A stretch of DNA of 64,000 nt from an uncultured Gammaproteobacteria bacterium (GCA_964635045.1 CAZWMJ010000004.1:2205-66204); one strand, 5' to 3'; shown: positions 44,758 to 53,640, counted from the first letter of the stretch. The notes: a model not told the origin generated them from the sequence alone. A program made the numbers and translations.

Positions 44758-44804
44758 ACGGCAAACTATATTATATCCCATTTTTTGCTATACTCAAAAC
44801 AGTT

Positions 44805-45476
44805 ATGATTTTTCTTATCTTATTTTTAGCGGAGATCTTGATGCTTTTTTTCCTGTCCCGTTTTGTAACGCGTTTGCTGTCGCAGGTTTTTTTCCGCCTA
44901 AGCCGCAGTCAAACAAAAACCATCTATCTTCTGTCTTTTCTTTTTCTGCCGGGTGTAGTTATTCACGAATTAGCCCATTTGTTAACGGCGGCGGTGTTGT
45001 TGGTGCCGGTGGGAGAGGTGGAGTTTATACCAAAAGTCACTGATGGGGGAGTCAAGCTGGGCAGTGTAAACATCGGCAAAACAGATCCGTTTAGAAGAGC
45101 TATTATCGGGGTGGCGCCGGTTTTGATCGGGATGATGATACTGTTGGGAATTGGCTACTATTTTATACAGAGTAATTCCATTATTTATACTATCGAGTCG
45201 GGAGCTTTAAGAGTATTTTTATACGCGATAATTGTTTATTTCCTGTTTGCTATTAGCAATACCATGTTTTCCAGCAGGAAAGACGTGGAGGGATTGTTGG
45301 AAGTGGGTTTGGTGGTCATTATTCTTTTTATAGCTCTTTATTTTACCGGTTTTCGCGTCAACTTTTCACTATCTGAAAATTTATCCCAATTCTTGAAAAC
45401 ATCGGATGTTTTCTTACTAATACCTCTTTCTATAGATGTGGTCTTGTGGGGAATTATCAAAATTTTCCGTGGATGA
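44805..45476 (+). CDS. polytopic membrane protein with HExxH motif (M50/DUF3267-like putative metalloprotease)
   Basis: 223 aa with 5-6 TM helices. The motif VVIHELAHLLTA lies within or next to a TM segment. Confidence 0.55.
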   Translation: MIFLILFLAEILMLFFLSRFVTRLLSQVFFRLSRSQTKTIYLLSFLFLPGVVIHELAHLLTAAVLLVPVGEVEFIPKVTDGGVKLGSVNIGKTDPFRRAIIGVAPVLIGMMILLGIGYYFIQSNSIIYTIESGALRVFLYAIIVYFLFAISNTMFSSRKDVEGLLEVGLVVIILFIALYFTGFRVNFSLSENLSQFLKTSDVFLLIPLSIDVVLWGIIKIFRG

Positions 45477-46272
45477 TTGGTCCATGACCTTTGCCAATTT
45501 TTAATGTTTGGCCTTTTTTAATAGCAACGTTTACATAATTTTTGGCAGTTCCCACCGCTTCTTTAATATTTTTTCCTTTGGCCAACTCGGCGGCGATGCA
45601 AGAGGCTAGTGTACAGCCCGTGCCGTGTGTGTTTTGAGTATTAATTTTTGGCGCGGTAAACTCATGAAAGCGCTTACCGTCAAATAAAATGTCGATAACA
45701 ATCGAATGATGAATGATAAGTGATGAAGGATGAATTTTTTCAAGGTGGCCGCCTTTTATCAATACATTTTTAGCGCCCATTTTATGCAGGATGACAGCGG
45801 CCTTTTTCATCTCGTTAACATTTGTAATTTTTAGACCGGTTAACTCCTTTGCTTCGTCAATGTTGGGGGTAACAATAGCGGCCAGAGGCAGTAATTTTTT
45901 AACCAATGATTTAAGCGCCTCTTTTTCCAAAAGCCGCCCGACTGTTTTGGAAACCATGACCGGATCAACCACCAGTTGTTTTATTTTGTAACGCGCTGCT
46001 TCTTCAACCACTGTTTCCACAATTTTTTTGTTAACCAGCATGCCGGTTTTCCAAACGTCGGCTCCGATATCCGACATCACCGAGCTAATCTGCAGTTTAA
46101 CAAACTCCGCCGGCAGCGGAAACACGCCGTCCAAACTGACCGTATTTTGGGCGGTTACCGCCGTTACAGCGCTTAGGCCATAAACTCCTCTGGCAAAAAA
46201 GGTTTTCAAATCCGCCTGTATTCCTGCCCCTCCGCAAGGGTCGGATCCGGCAATAGTGAGAACTTTATACAT
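45457..46272 (-). CDS. thiD: hydroxymethylpyrimidine/phosphomethylpyrimidine kinase
   Basis: 271 aa. Motifs are [22 protein letters not shown] and [17 protein letters not shown]. Confidence 0.93.
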   Translation of the reverse strand: MYKVLTIAGSDPCGGAGIQADLKTFFARGVYGLSAVTAVTAQNTVSLDGVFPLPAEFVKLQISSVMSDIGADVWKTGMLVNKKIVETVVEEAARYKIKQLVVDPVMVSKTVGRLLEKEALKSLVKKLLPLAAIVTPNIDEAKELTGLKITNVNEMKKAAVILHKMGAKNVLIKGGHLEKIHPSSLIIHHSIVIDILFDGKRFHEFTAPKINTQNTHGTGCTLASCIAAELAKGKNIKEAVGTAKNYVNVAIKKGQTLKIGKGHGPIIHGKF

Positions 46273-46358
46273 AAAATATAATTTTCAATTTACAATTTAT
46301 AATTCTCAATAAATTTACAATGTTTCAATTTGAAAATTAGGTCATTGAAAATTAATAA

Positions 46359-47270
46359 TTAAAAATTTTTAAGATGGTTGAAGCCTCTTGCCTCTAACCG
46401 TTTTTTTCTTCCTTTGACATCCACAATCCACCACCCATCCTTTTTATCAATAATTTCTCCAATCACAGTAATCTTTGTTCCGGTTTTCTTAAATATTTCC
46501 GTGATTAATTTCTCTGTACTTGCCGGCGATGCGGTAAAGCACAGTTCGTAATCTTCTCCTCCATTGAGAGCCGCATCGAAGGAGGCAGAAGGAGCAATGG
46601 GCAGTTTATCGGCAAAAATACGAACTCCGACAGCGCTTTCCTCGCAAATATGAAGCAAGTCCGAAGACAATCCATCGCTTAGATCAATCATGGATGTAAC
46701 AACGCTGCTTCTCGCAAGAATTTGTCCTTCTCTTATCCTTGCCGCCGGCACTACCGCTTTACGTCCCAGCGCACCTGTTAACAATACCGCATCTCCCACC
46801 TTTGCCCCATTTCTTAAAACCAAATGTTTTTTATCAATTTCTCCCAAAACAAAAATATCAATCACGAGTTGTTTACCTGATGAGATATTCCCGCCGATAA
46901 GTGAGACGCCGTAGTCCTTGCACGCCTTCCCAAAACCTTCATAAAGTTCCTCCAGAAAATCTCTATTTTTCGGAATCACCAGCGAAACCAGAATATGTTT
47001 TGGTGTTCCTCCCATGGCCGCAATGTCGGAAAGGGCCACCGCCACCGCCCGCTGTCCCAATTGTTTACCCGAACCCGCGCAAATTTTGTTAAAATTTGTT
47101 CGGGCGCGGGTAAAATGCACTCCCTCAACCTGAGTGTCTGTTGTGACTAAAAGATATTTATCACTTCTGCAAAGCAAAACAGCCGCATCATCGCCTATAC
47201 CGACAATCACGTCGTTGCCATAGGCAGGTAATAACTTTTTGACTTTTTCAATAAAAGAAAACTCGTTCAT
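46359..47270 (-). CDS. thiL: thiamine-monophosphate kinase
   Basis: 303 aa. Motifs IGDDAAVL, TTDTQVEGVHF and GGNIS are AIR-synthase-like ThiL signatures. Confidence 0.9.
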   Translation of the reverse strand: MNEFSFIEKVKKLLPAYGNDVIVGIGDDAAVLLCRSDKYLLVTTDTQVEGVHFTRARTNFNKICAGSGKQLGQRAVAVALSDIAAMGGTPKHILVSLVIPKNRDFLEELYEGFGKACKDYGVSLIGGNISSGKQLVIDIFVLGEIDKKHLVLRNGAKVGDAVLLTGALGRKAVVPAARIREGQILARSSVVTSMIDLSDGLSSDLLHICEESAVGVRIFADKLPIAPSASFDAALNGGEDYELCFTASPASTEKLITEIFKKTGTKITVIGEIIDKKDGWWIVDVKGRKKRLEARGFNHLKNF

Positions 47271-47899
47271 TTAATTAATTCCCGTAATCTGCGCGTTGCC
47301 TCTCTGGGATTCTCCGCTGCCATCACTGCCGAGATGACGGCAATTCCCCCCGCTCCGGCTTCTATCACCGAGGCGGCGTTATCAGTATTGATGCCGCCAA
47401 TGGCAATGACAGGGATTGATACTGCCTCCGCGATTTCTCTTAATCTCTCAAGTCCGATCGGCTCTCCGGCGTCTTGTTTGCTATTAGTTGCAAAAACCGG
47501 ACCAACTCCCAGATAATCCGCTCCATCTTTTTGGGCTGTTAGCGCTTCGGCAACAGTGCTGACCGATACCCCCAAAATTTTATCCTGCCCCAACTTTATT
47601 CGCGCTTCTGCTACCGGCATATCATTTTGCCCAATGTGCAAACCCGCGGCTCCAATTAAGAGCGCCACCGTCAGATTATCATTGACAATCAGGGGAACGG
47701 CAGAGGGCTGAAGGACAATAAGAAGTTTAAGTCCCAGCCTAACAAAATCTTTTTCCTGAGCTTCTTTTTCCCGCAACTGCACCATGGTAGCCCCGCCTTC
47801 TACCGCCTGTTTGACAATGTCAACCAGCGGGCGATTTTGGGCGGCGGCGCGGTCGGTAATAACACAGAGACGAGGGTTAAATTCTTTCATTATCCGCAA
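47267..47899 (-). CDS. thiE: thiamine-phosphate synthase
   Basis: 210 aa. Motifs are LCVITDR, MVQLREK, YLGVGPVFATNSK and IAIGGI. It overlaps thiL by 4 nt. Confidence 0.92.
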   Translation of the reverse strand: MRIMKEFNPRLCVITDRAAAQNRPLVDIVKQAVEGGATMVQLREKEAQEKDFVRLGLKLLIVLQPSAVPLIVNDNLTVALLIGAAGLHIGQNDMPVAEARIKLGQDKILGVSVSTVAEALTAQKDGADYLGVGPVFATNSKQDAGEPIGLERLREIAEAVSIPVIAIGGINTDNAASVIEAGAGGIAVISAVMAAENPREATRRLRELIK

Positions 47900-48210
47900 T
47901 TATCGAAGCCAAAAACGGTAATACAGTTGGCGCCGGTGACAAAACCGATGAGATTAATTATCAGAAAAGAAAGCAGAATTATCAGCAGTCCAAGAATGGC
48001 ATACATAATAGTATGTCTGGCCGACTCGATTTTTTTGGGGTCGCCTCCCGAGGTGATAAATTTTATACCGGAGAAGATGATGAAAAAAACAGCGGCCGCG
48101 CTGGCAAAAATCAATGCCGCCTTGACCGCGTTTTGAAAGACGGCGGGGATGCAATTAAGCGTGGCAACGCCGTTGACAACGCAACCTTTAACAATATCGT
48201 TCCAGTCCAT
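47890..48210 (-). CDS. VirB2/TrbC-like T4SS pilin-type mini protein, paralog 1
   Basis: 106 aa. It has a two-TM hairpin with a conserved turn (IIFSGIKFITSGGDPKKIESARHTIMYAILGLLIILLSFLI) and Cys pairs at both ends. Its stop overlaps the thiE start by 10 nt. Confidence 0.65.
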   Translation of the reverse strand: MDWNDIVKGCVVNGVATLNCIPAVFQNAVKAALIFASAAAVFFIIFSGIKFITSGGDPKKIESARHTIMYAILGLLIILLSFLIINLIGFVTGANCITVFGFDNCG

Positions 48211-48282
48211 AATGTAAGATTATCAGAGAAGCGCCGAAAAGGCAAGAAAGAAGAGGGTTTAGAGAACTAGGACCTAGAGGAA

Positions 48283-48636
48283 CTAAGGTAAGGTAGGAAG
48301 CTTAAGATCAAAAATTGGACTTCCAGTGAAGAAGAAAACCAACAGGTTCAGAATGAAAAAGACTAAAAATACTATAACCAGTCCAACGATGGCCGCCACC
48401 ACGTGATTGCGGGCTTCTTCCAGAGCTGTTTTATCTCCGCCCGACATAATCCATTTGATGCCTCCCCAGATTAGGAAGATCAGGGCAACGACGATTGCGA
48501 GGATAAAGGCCAAAGTGATAAGACTGCCAAGGGTTGATCCAAAATTGCTTGATGTCAGTCTGCAAAGCTTTTCAAACTGTCCCGGCGGACAGGCCAGAAC
48601 ATTGCCGGTTGTAACTGGTATAGGTGTAGGCGTCAT
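48283..48636 (-). CDS. VirB2/TrbC-like T4SS pilin-type mini protein, paralog 2
   Basis: 117 aa with the same hairpin core: IFLIWGGIKWIMSGGDKTALEEARNHVVAAIVGLVIVFLVFFI. Confidence 0.65.
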   Translation of the reverse strand: MTPTPIPVTTGNVLACPPGQFEKLCRLTSSNFGSTLGSLITLAFILAIVVALIFLIWGGIKWIMSGGDKTALEEARNHVVAAIVGLVIVFLVFFILNLLVFFFTGSPIFDLKLPTLP

Positions 48637-48653
48637 ATTTTTTCGTTATCACT

Positions 48654-48682
48654 ATAATATTCAGAATTTCCCCGTTTGTCAA
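48654..48682 (-). promoter_or_regulatory. putative sigma70-type promoter for pilin paralog 2 (TTGACA, 17 nt spacer, TATTAT)
   Basis: Minus-strand reading gives TTGACA aacggggaaattctgaa TATTAT, ending 17 nt before the ATG at 48636. Confidence 0.45.
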
Positions 48683-48709
48683 GAGGCAACTAGTTAAAAT
48701 TGTTGCCTC
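48683..48709 (-). terminator. 8-bp stem-loop between pilin paralogs 3 and 2 (weak terminator or attenuator candidate)
   Basis: GAGGCAAC at 48683-48690 pairs with GTTGCCTC at 48702-48709 across an 11-nt loop. No clear U-tract follows on the minus strand. Confidence 0.3.
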
Positions 48710-48783
48710 GCAGACCCGCCATAAATCGCAACATGAGCCGCGCTACGAATAGTAGGTAAGGCGAATGCTAAGATTAGGCTGGG

Positions 48784-49104
48784 TCAAACCAGCGGGATGC
48801 CAAAAAAGTAATTGATGATTCTCACCAGTAAAAATGACAGCAGTATGACTACCAATCCAAAAATGGAGTAAATTAGCGTCTGTCGGGCTTTCTGCAGATT
48901 TTCTTTGTTTCCCTGCGATGTGATCCAGCCAATTCCTCCCCAAATCAAAAAAACAAGCGCCAGCGCAATGGCGGAGAGAAACAGAATTTCAACGCCTAGT
49001 TTAAGAATATTTTGACCGAAAGGCCCGGCCTTATCGGACAACTGTTTTACGCCGGTGGGAACGGGAACATCAAAACCCGGTATGGACAAAGATATATATT
49101 TCAT
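48784..49104 (-). CDS. VirB2/TrbC-like T4SS pilin-type mini protein, paralog 3
   Basis: 106 aa with core VFLIWGGIGWITSQGNKENLQKARQTLIYSIFGLVVILLSFLL. Its start overlaps the stop of 49101..50630 by 4 nt. Confidence 0.65.
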   Translation of the reverse strand: MKYISLSIPGFDVPVPTGVKQLSDKAGPFGQNILKLGVEILFLSAIALALVFLIWGGIGWITSQGNKENLQKARQTLIYSIFGLVVILLSFLLVRIINYFFGIPLV

Positions 49105-50630
49105 TTAAATCCCGGAATATGCAAAATATCCACTCCTATCACTTTTAATATTACCACGGAAAAGATGATAAATAACAGCCCTACAATGGCGGAAGTCAGC
49201 GTTTCTCTGGCTCCCTGAATGGCCTCCGGATTGCCCTGAGCCAGCATCAGCTTGTAGCCGGAGTAAATAATAAGTATTAAGGCGATGCCGCCGGAGATAC
49301 CTAATAGAATTCCAAAAATTCTGCCGATAAATTTAGCCGGATCGACATTAATTTGGCCTAGAGCAGTATCCACCGCCTGACATTTTCCATTACTGATTGT
49401 TTTGCAGGGTGGAGGGAAGGGGCTTAGGGTAGGATTGCCGCTGGGGAAGATAATTGTTGGGATTGCCGGGACTAGCGAGGATGCCGAAACAACTGTAAAA
49501 GTGGGTCTGGGGGTACACACTTCGCCATTTGAATCTTTGCCTATGGCCGTATATTGTCCGGCAGGAAGATTATCCCCCAGCTTTAATATGACAGTTCCGT
49601 TAGCGTCTGCCTGTTTTCCAGGTTCGATGATTTCTGGGTTTGGATCGCCCGGTTTTATCAACTGACTTTGGTATTGAGCATTAGGATTTGCATTTATGAT
49701 AACCAAACTTACCGGTTTATTTATTTCAGGCTGGGTAGGCATGATTTTGCATGATAAATTCTTAGTGGGAGAAGTGAGGACAAACTTAAACTTAGAATTT
49801 AATCCGACTCTAGTACAATCAAGCCCGAATTGGTTACCAGGGTTTTTGCCGGTAATAAAAATATCCATACATAATGTCTGTTCTTCTTTGTATTCGTTGG
49901 GTTTATTGAGAGAGACTATGACAATATCGTTGGAGTTTGCACTTGGATAGATGGCTGCAAATCCGGGTCCATATGGCGGTTGTTTTTCTCCATGCCACCA
50001 AAAAACATAGTTGTTACCGGTTTTTACGTCGTTAAGAATAACTTGGGGCGTGTCGTTCTTTCCAAACTGTGGGTCTGTGGGTGTTTGCTCTGCCCGACCT
50101 CCGCCTACTTGTTGGACAACAAGTAGGCTATTATAAATCACTTGGCCCCCCTCAAATTTTCCCTTGCCTGCACTTATGCCGAACATTATTTTTTTTGTCC
50201 CAACTCCTTGACATTTTGGACCTAGTCCATAGGGAGTTAATAAAGTAGCATTTATTTCATCTTCTGAAGAACGAATAACTTCGCCCTCATTTTTTTGACC
50301 TTGGTTGGGATTGGATAATGATGCAACACATGGATCTTTAGAACCTTGATCCGCGGTAGTCAAGTCAAATCTATAACGATTAGTTGGGTCTTTTGAGTAA
50401 TCGGGAAAATGATCATTGATATCGCTATTAGTGAGCTTCATGGATATTTTCGCAGTATCCAGTCGGGGAGTGTCGGTTGTTTGACCTTGAGCATCTTCAT
50501 AGGTAAATTTGGCAGTTACCGCCACAGCGTAAGCGGGGGATTTGAGAAACAGGGGAGAGAGAAAAATACTACCAATCCCGCTAAGCGGGACCAATACTAC
50601 CAATAACCCAATAAAGAAAACTTTGTTCAC
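49101..50630 (-). CDS. large exported protein ending in a pilin-type two-TM module (adhesin-pilin fusion candidate)
   Basis: 509 aa. The layout is an N-terminal signal anchor, a Thr/Asn/Gly/Pro-rich domain of about 400 aa that looks beta-rich, then LILIIYSGYKLMLAQGNPEAIQGARETLTSAIVGLLFIIFSVVI. That last block is homologous to the three mini pilins. Confidence 0.65.
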   Translation of the reverse strand: MNKVFFIGLLVVLVPLSGIGSIFLSPLFLKSPAYAVAVTAKFTYEDAQGQTTDTPRLDTAKISMKLTNSDINDHFPDYSKDPTNRYRFDLTTADQGSKDPCVASLSNPNQGQKNEGEVIRSSEDEINATLLTPYGLGPKCQGVGTKKIMFGISAGKGKFEGGQVIYNSLLVVQQVGGGRAEQTPTDPQFGKNDTPQVILNDVKTGNNYVFWWHGEKQPPYGPGFAAIYPSANSNDIVIVSLNKPNEYKEEQTLCMDIFITGKNPGNQFGLDCTRVGLNSKFKFVLTSPTKNLSCKIMPTQPEINKPVSLVIINANPNAQYQSQLIKPGDPNPEIIEPGKQADANGTVILKLGDNLPAGQYTAIGKDSNGEVCTPRPTFTVVSASSLVPAIPTIIFPSGNPTLSPFPPPCKTISNGKCQAVDTALGQINVDPAKFIGRIFGILLGISGGIALILIIYSGYKLMLAQGNPEAIQGARETLTSAIVGLLFIIFSVVILKVIGVDILHIPGFK

Positions 50631-50671
50631 TCTTTCATGGTAAACGACCTGGGAAATTTTTGCAACATCTA

Positions 50672-51802
50672 TTATCTTCTTCCCGTGGCTATTGGCTCCA
50701 GAAATTGATCGTACATGGGTTTCATCACGATATATCCTAGTATTGCCAGCAATCTAAAAATCAAACCGAGAGGTCCTTTTTGGTCTTTTAATCTTAAGTA
50801 TTCCGCCAAACGAGCCAGTTCTTGGAAATCTTTGAATTCTTGGCTGTTTTCGTCAAGACCTCTTTTTTGGGCTTCTTCTTTAATGCTGTCAGAAATTTTT
50901 TTGTTGTTTTCAACATTTTTCCACAGTCTGTTTTTTTTCATATCTTCATTAACCTGCCCCATGTCGCGGGTGGCCTCCGCTTTTTGACGGTAGTATTCTG
51001 TTTCCGTTTGTCTACCTATTTCTTTTTCATTAAGGGTTATTCCTTTTTCTGCCATCTTAATTCGTATCCGATCTCTGATCAGGCCCCGATAATACCGGGG
51101 ATCTATTTTGTCATTCTTTAAGAAAATATTTGCTCTCTCTCTTTTTACTTCATCAGTTAGTTGTTGAGCGCCTGCCGGTTGTTCTGGGCCATCAGCCGAG
51201 TCAGGCTTGGCTTCTGCTGCGTCTGGCGCGGGTTCTTCGGGACGCTCGGCATCGGCGGCCTGAGCGGTTGACGCAGTTTCACCATTTGCTGGGGTTTCTC
51301 CCTCGGCAGCAGTGGGGGATGCTAGTCCGCCTTCGGCAGGTGTTGATGATCCTACTGGTTCTCTAGAATCTGCTGGTCTAGCCTGAAGATCTTCTCTCAT
51401 TTGCGCCATATCACCGCCTACAGGAAAAGGAGGTCTTTCTGCGGCAACGCTCGCGGCTGGTTGTGGCACTTCTCCATCTGTTGGCGCTTGGTCGCCGGCT
51501 ATCTCGTGTAGGGCGGCATCAGCGCCTTTTCCTTCAAGATTTCTCGCTGTACCATCCGCAAAAATTTGGTTTGCTTCCGCTACCGCCGCCGCTTTTTCTG
51601 CGTCCGATGGTCCGGCGCCGTCTTTTTTTCCTCCCTCCGCGTCTGTATCTGTTGATTGTTCAGCCCCGCCGGCGACTGGGGCGGGTTTTCCGCCTTCTGC
51701 CGCAGTCCCGCTTAGCGGGGCGGCTGGCGCTCCTCCGCCTGTATCTACTGCCGCTGGCGGCGGTGGAGCTCCTGTATCTGGTGATGCTACTCCTGCTGCC
51801 AT
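50672..51802 (-). CDS. tail-anchored protein with Ala/Gly/Pro/Glu-rich disordered N-half
   Basis: 376 aa. The C-terminal 150 aa, including the TM tail (AEYLRLKDQKGPLGLIFRLLAILGYIVMKPMYDQFLEPI), are paralogous to 53641..54354. Confidence 0.6.
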   Translation of the reverse strand: MAAGVASPDTGAPPPPAAVDTGGGAPAAPLSGTAAEGGKPAPVAGGAEQSTDTDAEGGKKDGAGPSDAEKAAAVAEANQIFADGTARNLEGKGADAALHEIAGDQAPTDGEVPQPAASVAAERPPFPVGGDMAQMREDLQARPADSREPVGSSTPAEGGLASPTAAEGETPANGETASTAQAADAERPEEPAPDAAEAKPDSADGPEQPAGAQQLTDEVKRERANIFLKNDKIDPRYYRGLIRDRIRIKMAEKGITLNEKEIGRQTETEYYRQKAEATRDMGQVNEDMKKNRLWKNVENNKKISDSIKEEAQKRGLDENSQEFKDFQELARLAEYLRLKDQKGPLGLIFRLLAILGYIVMKPMYDQFLEPIATGRR

Positions 51803-51810
51803 ATTTTTAA

Positions 51811-52146
51811 TTAATTATTTGTTTGCAACGATTTAGCCGTTGTAATAGCTCCTTCCATATTGCCTTGTTTAATATAATCTCGCATGGAATTTAAGGCGTC
51901 GTCTCTTTTTTGATCGCTGATTTTTCTAAATTCTTCCACATACAATTCTTGCGCCTCTTTATATTTTCCTCCCAGCGTCTTTAATTTATTTAACAAATCC
52001 TGCCAGTCCGTAATGGGCAGAACCGCCAAAAAATCCGCCGCCAGCTGACGGCTTTTATCAACATCAATTTTATTTTCCCGCAGATGAACAATTATTAATT
52101 CCACCAATTCTTTTTTGACCTGTTCCACTTCCTGCTGAAGATCCAT
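51811..52146 (-). CDS. small helical protein, unknown function
   Basis: An internal Met (MDLQQEVEQVKK...) is chosen as the start. The longer track ORF (to 52305) would overlap the upstream regulator gene by 113 nt. Confidence 0.5.
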   Translation of the reverse strand: MDLQQEVEQVKKELVELIIVHLRENKIDVDKSRQLAADFLAVLPITDWQDLLNKLKTLGGKYKEAQELYVEEFRKISDQKRDDALNSMRDYIKQGNMEGAITTAKSLQTNN

Positions 52147-52192
52147 CAATTTAATGGTGGCACAAAAGAGAAGTTGTGTCAATGTTTGCGAC

Positions 52193-53425
52193 TTACGGTA
52201 AAAATCTAAATCCCCGACCCTTGACGGTGAGAAGATGTTTGGGGTTGTCCGCTTCATCCTCGATTTTTTTGCGCAGTCTGTGAACCATCTGATCCAGCGC
52301 CTCATCGCTGACTCCGGTTTGGGTTTTACTGTCTGTCCAAACAGTATTTATGACCTCATCCCGCTCCACCACCCGATTGGGATGACCAATTAAAAATTTG
52401 AGCAGTTTGAATTCTTGGGCTGTCAGGTCAACAATTGGATCATCTCCAAAATAAATCTCGTTGGAAGAATCATTAAGTCTGATTGTTTTTGGCACCAGCG
52501 TTTGGGGAAGACCAAGTTTGACAAATTCATTGTAAAGAGGCGGGGCGGGCTTATTTCTATCTTGGGTGGGCAGCGACTGCCAAATTTCCAGCAAAGAGTT
52601 TTTGATAAGATTATGGGAAAGTAAAAAGTCGGTCAACCCTTCGACTCCCTTCGGTCGCTCAGGATTGCCTAGGGCAATTTGCGCTGACAGTTTCATCAAT
52701 TTGCTGTGGCCGCCGGTTAATCTAACAATTTCTTTTTTGACCGTTTCAGGAAGCGATTTACCATATTCTTTTTCTAAAACAGCAAGCCTAAAGTTATTGG
52801 CGACTTCATCGTAGGGTTCAAGATAGATCAGATTTTCCGCAAAAAATTCATAGAAGGCCTTCATAACATTTTCCGCTAACAGCTCTTTCATAGGCCTATG
52901 AGTGGAGAAAACAATCGGTATTTTGCCGCCTCTAACTCGCAGGCTATAGAGACCGGCATAAAAATCGGGGGGAATTTTATCGGTAAATTCGGAAAAGCGG
53001 TCGAAGAGAAAAACGACGGTCAACTGCTGGATGGCCTTTTTGAAGTTTTGGAAAAGAACCAGGGGGTCAGCCAGTTTGAGCGCTTCTCTGAAAAGCGGAT
53101 ATATTTGATTGTGTAGTTTTTTATCTTTCTCAACACCGGTAAGTAAAGCTAAGAATAAAAATTTGATTAATTCCACAGTTTCAAAGCTGGGGATTTCGGC
53201 AAAATTGACATAAACAAAGAGATAGCCTCGAAAGGCGTCCCCTTTTGAAGCTAAATGATAGTTTCGTAGTTTCTGATGGTAAGCGAGGAGGCGCAGCACC
53301 GTTGAGCGGCCGGCGCCGGGAGGGGAGATGAGTTGGCAGGACTGACCATGGATGACAAAGCCTAAAATCTGGCTTATTTCCTTTTCTCGGGCAGTGATGG
53401 GATATTGTGTTTCGAAATGGTCCAT
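52193..53425 (-). CDS. AAA+/STAND-like ATPase fused to an OmpR/PhoB-type winged-helix DNA-binding domain
   Basis: 410 aa. The P-loop is ISPPGAGRSTVLRLL and a Walker B-like motif is VVFLFDRF. The C-terminal trans_reg_C pattern is LTAQEFKLLKFLIGHPNRVVERDEVINTVW...LDQMVHRLRKKIE...LLTVKGRGFRF. An in-frame mini-repeat is inserted (GNPERPKGVEGL). Confidence 0.75.
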   Translation of the reverse strand: MDHFETQYPITAREKEISQILGFVIHGQSCQLISPPGAGRSTVLRLLAYHQKLRNYHLASKGDAFRGYLFVYVNFAEIPSFETVELIKFLFLALLTGVEKDKKLHNQIYPLFREALKLADPLVLFQNFKKAIQQLTVVFLFDRFSEFTDKIPPDFYAGLYSLRVRGGKIPIVFSTHRPMKELLAENVMKAFYEFFAENLIYLEPYDEVANNFRLAVLEKEYGKSLPETVKKEIVRLTGGHSKLMKLSAQIALGNPERPKGVEGLTDFLLSHNLIKNSLLEIWQSLPTQDRNKPAPPLYNEFVKLGLPQTLVPKTIRLNDSSNEIYFGDDPIVDLTAQEFKLLKFLIGHPNRVVERDEVINTVWTDSKTQTGVSDEALDQMVHRLRKKIEDEADNPKHLLTVKGRGFRFLP

Positions 53426-53430
53426 AATGA

Positions 53431-53553
53431 TAGACGGTAGAAGATTGAAAATAGAAGGTAGATTTTTGAAGGTAGAAGCTGGAAGATAGACAAATCAGAT
53501 CTAACTTCTATCATCCATCTTCAAATTACCATCTTCTACTTTCTACATTCTAT
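53431..53553. promoter_or_regulatory. purine-tract / pyrimidine-tract motif array in divergent intergenic region (candidate operator array)
   Basis: GGTAGA(AG) occurs at 53436, 53457 and 53471, and GATAGA at 53485. Inverted counterparts follow: CTTCTATC at 53505, CATCTTC at 53516, CCATCTTCTAC at 53529, and further TTCTAC/TTCTAT repeats. Confidence 0.4.
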
Positions 53554-53640
53554 AGTCTTTCTTAATTATCGTCAATCTGTAATCTATCTGTCATGTAAAT
53601 ATCAAGCACTTCGGCTTCGTTCAGGTTAAACTGCCCTCAT

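Noticed and set aside
47900-48282. A TPP riboswitch was expected upstream of thiE.
   Set aside because: The thiE start overlaps the preceding pilin-type CDS, so there is no leader region. I could not recognise the conserved CUGAGA/ACCUGA TPP core in the nearby spacers. An Rfam scan would be decisive.
51811-52305. The long form (164 aa) of the small ORF downstream of the regulator.
   Set aside because: The first 53 codons overlap the 3' end of the regulator gene by 113 nt and encode a basic, non-protein-like peptide. The internal Met at 52146 gives a compact helical protein with a normal intergenic gap.
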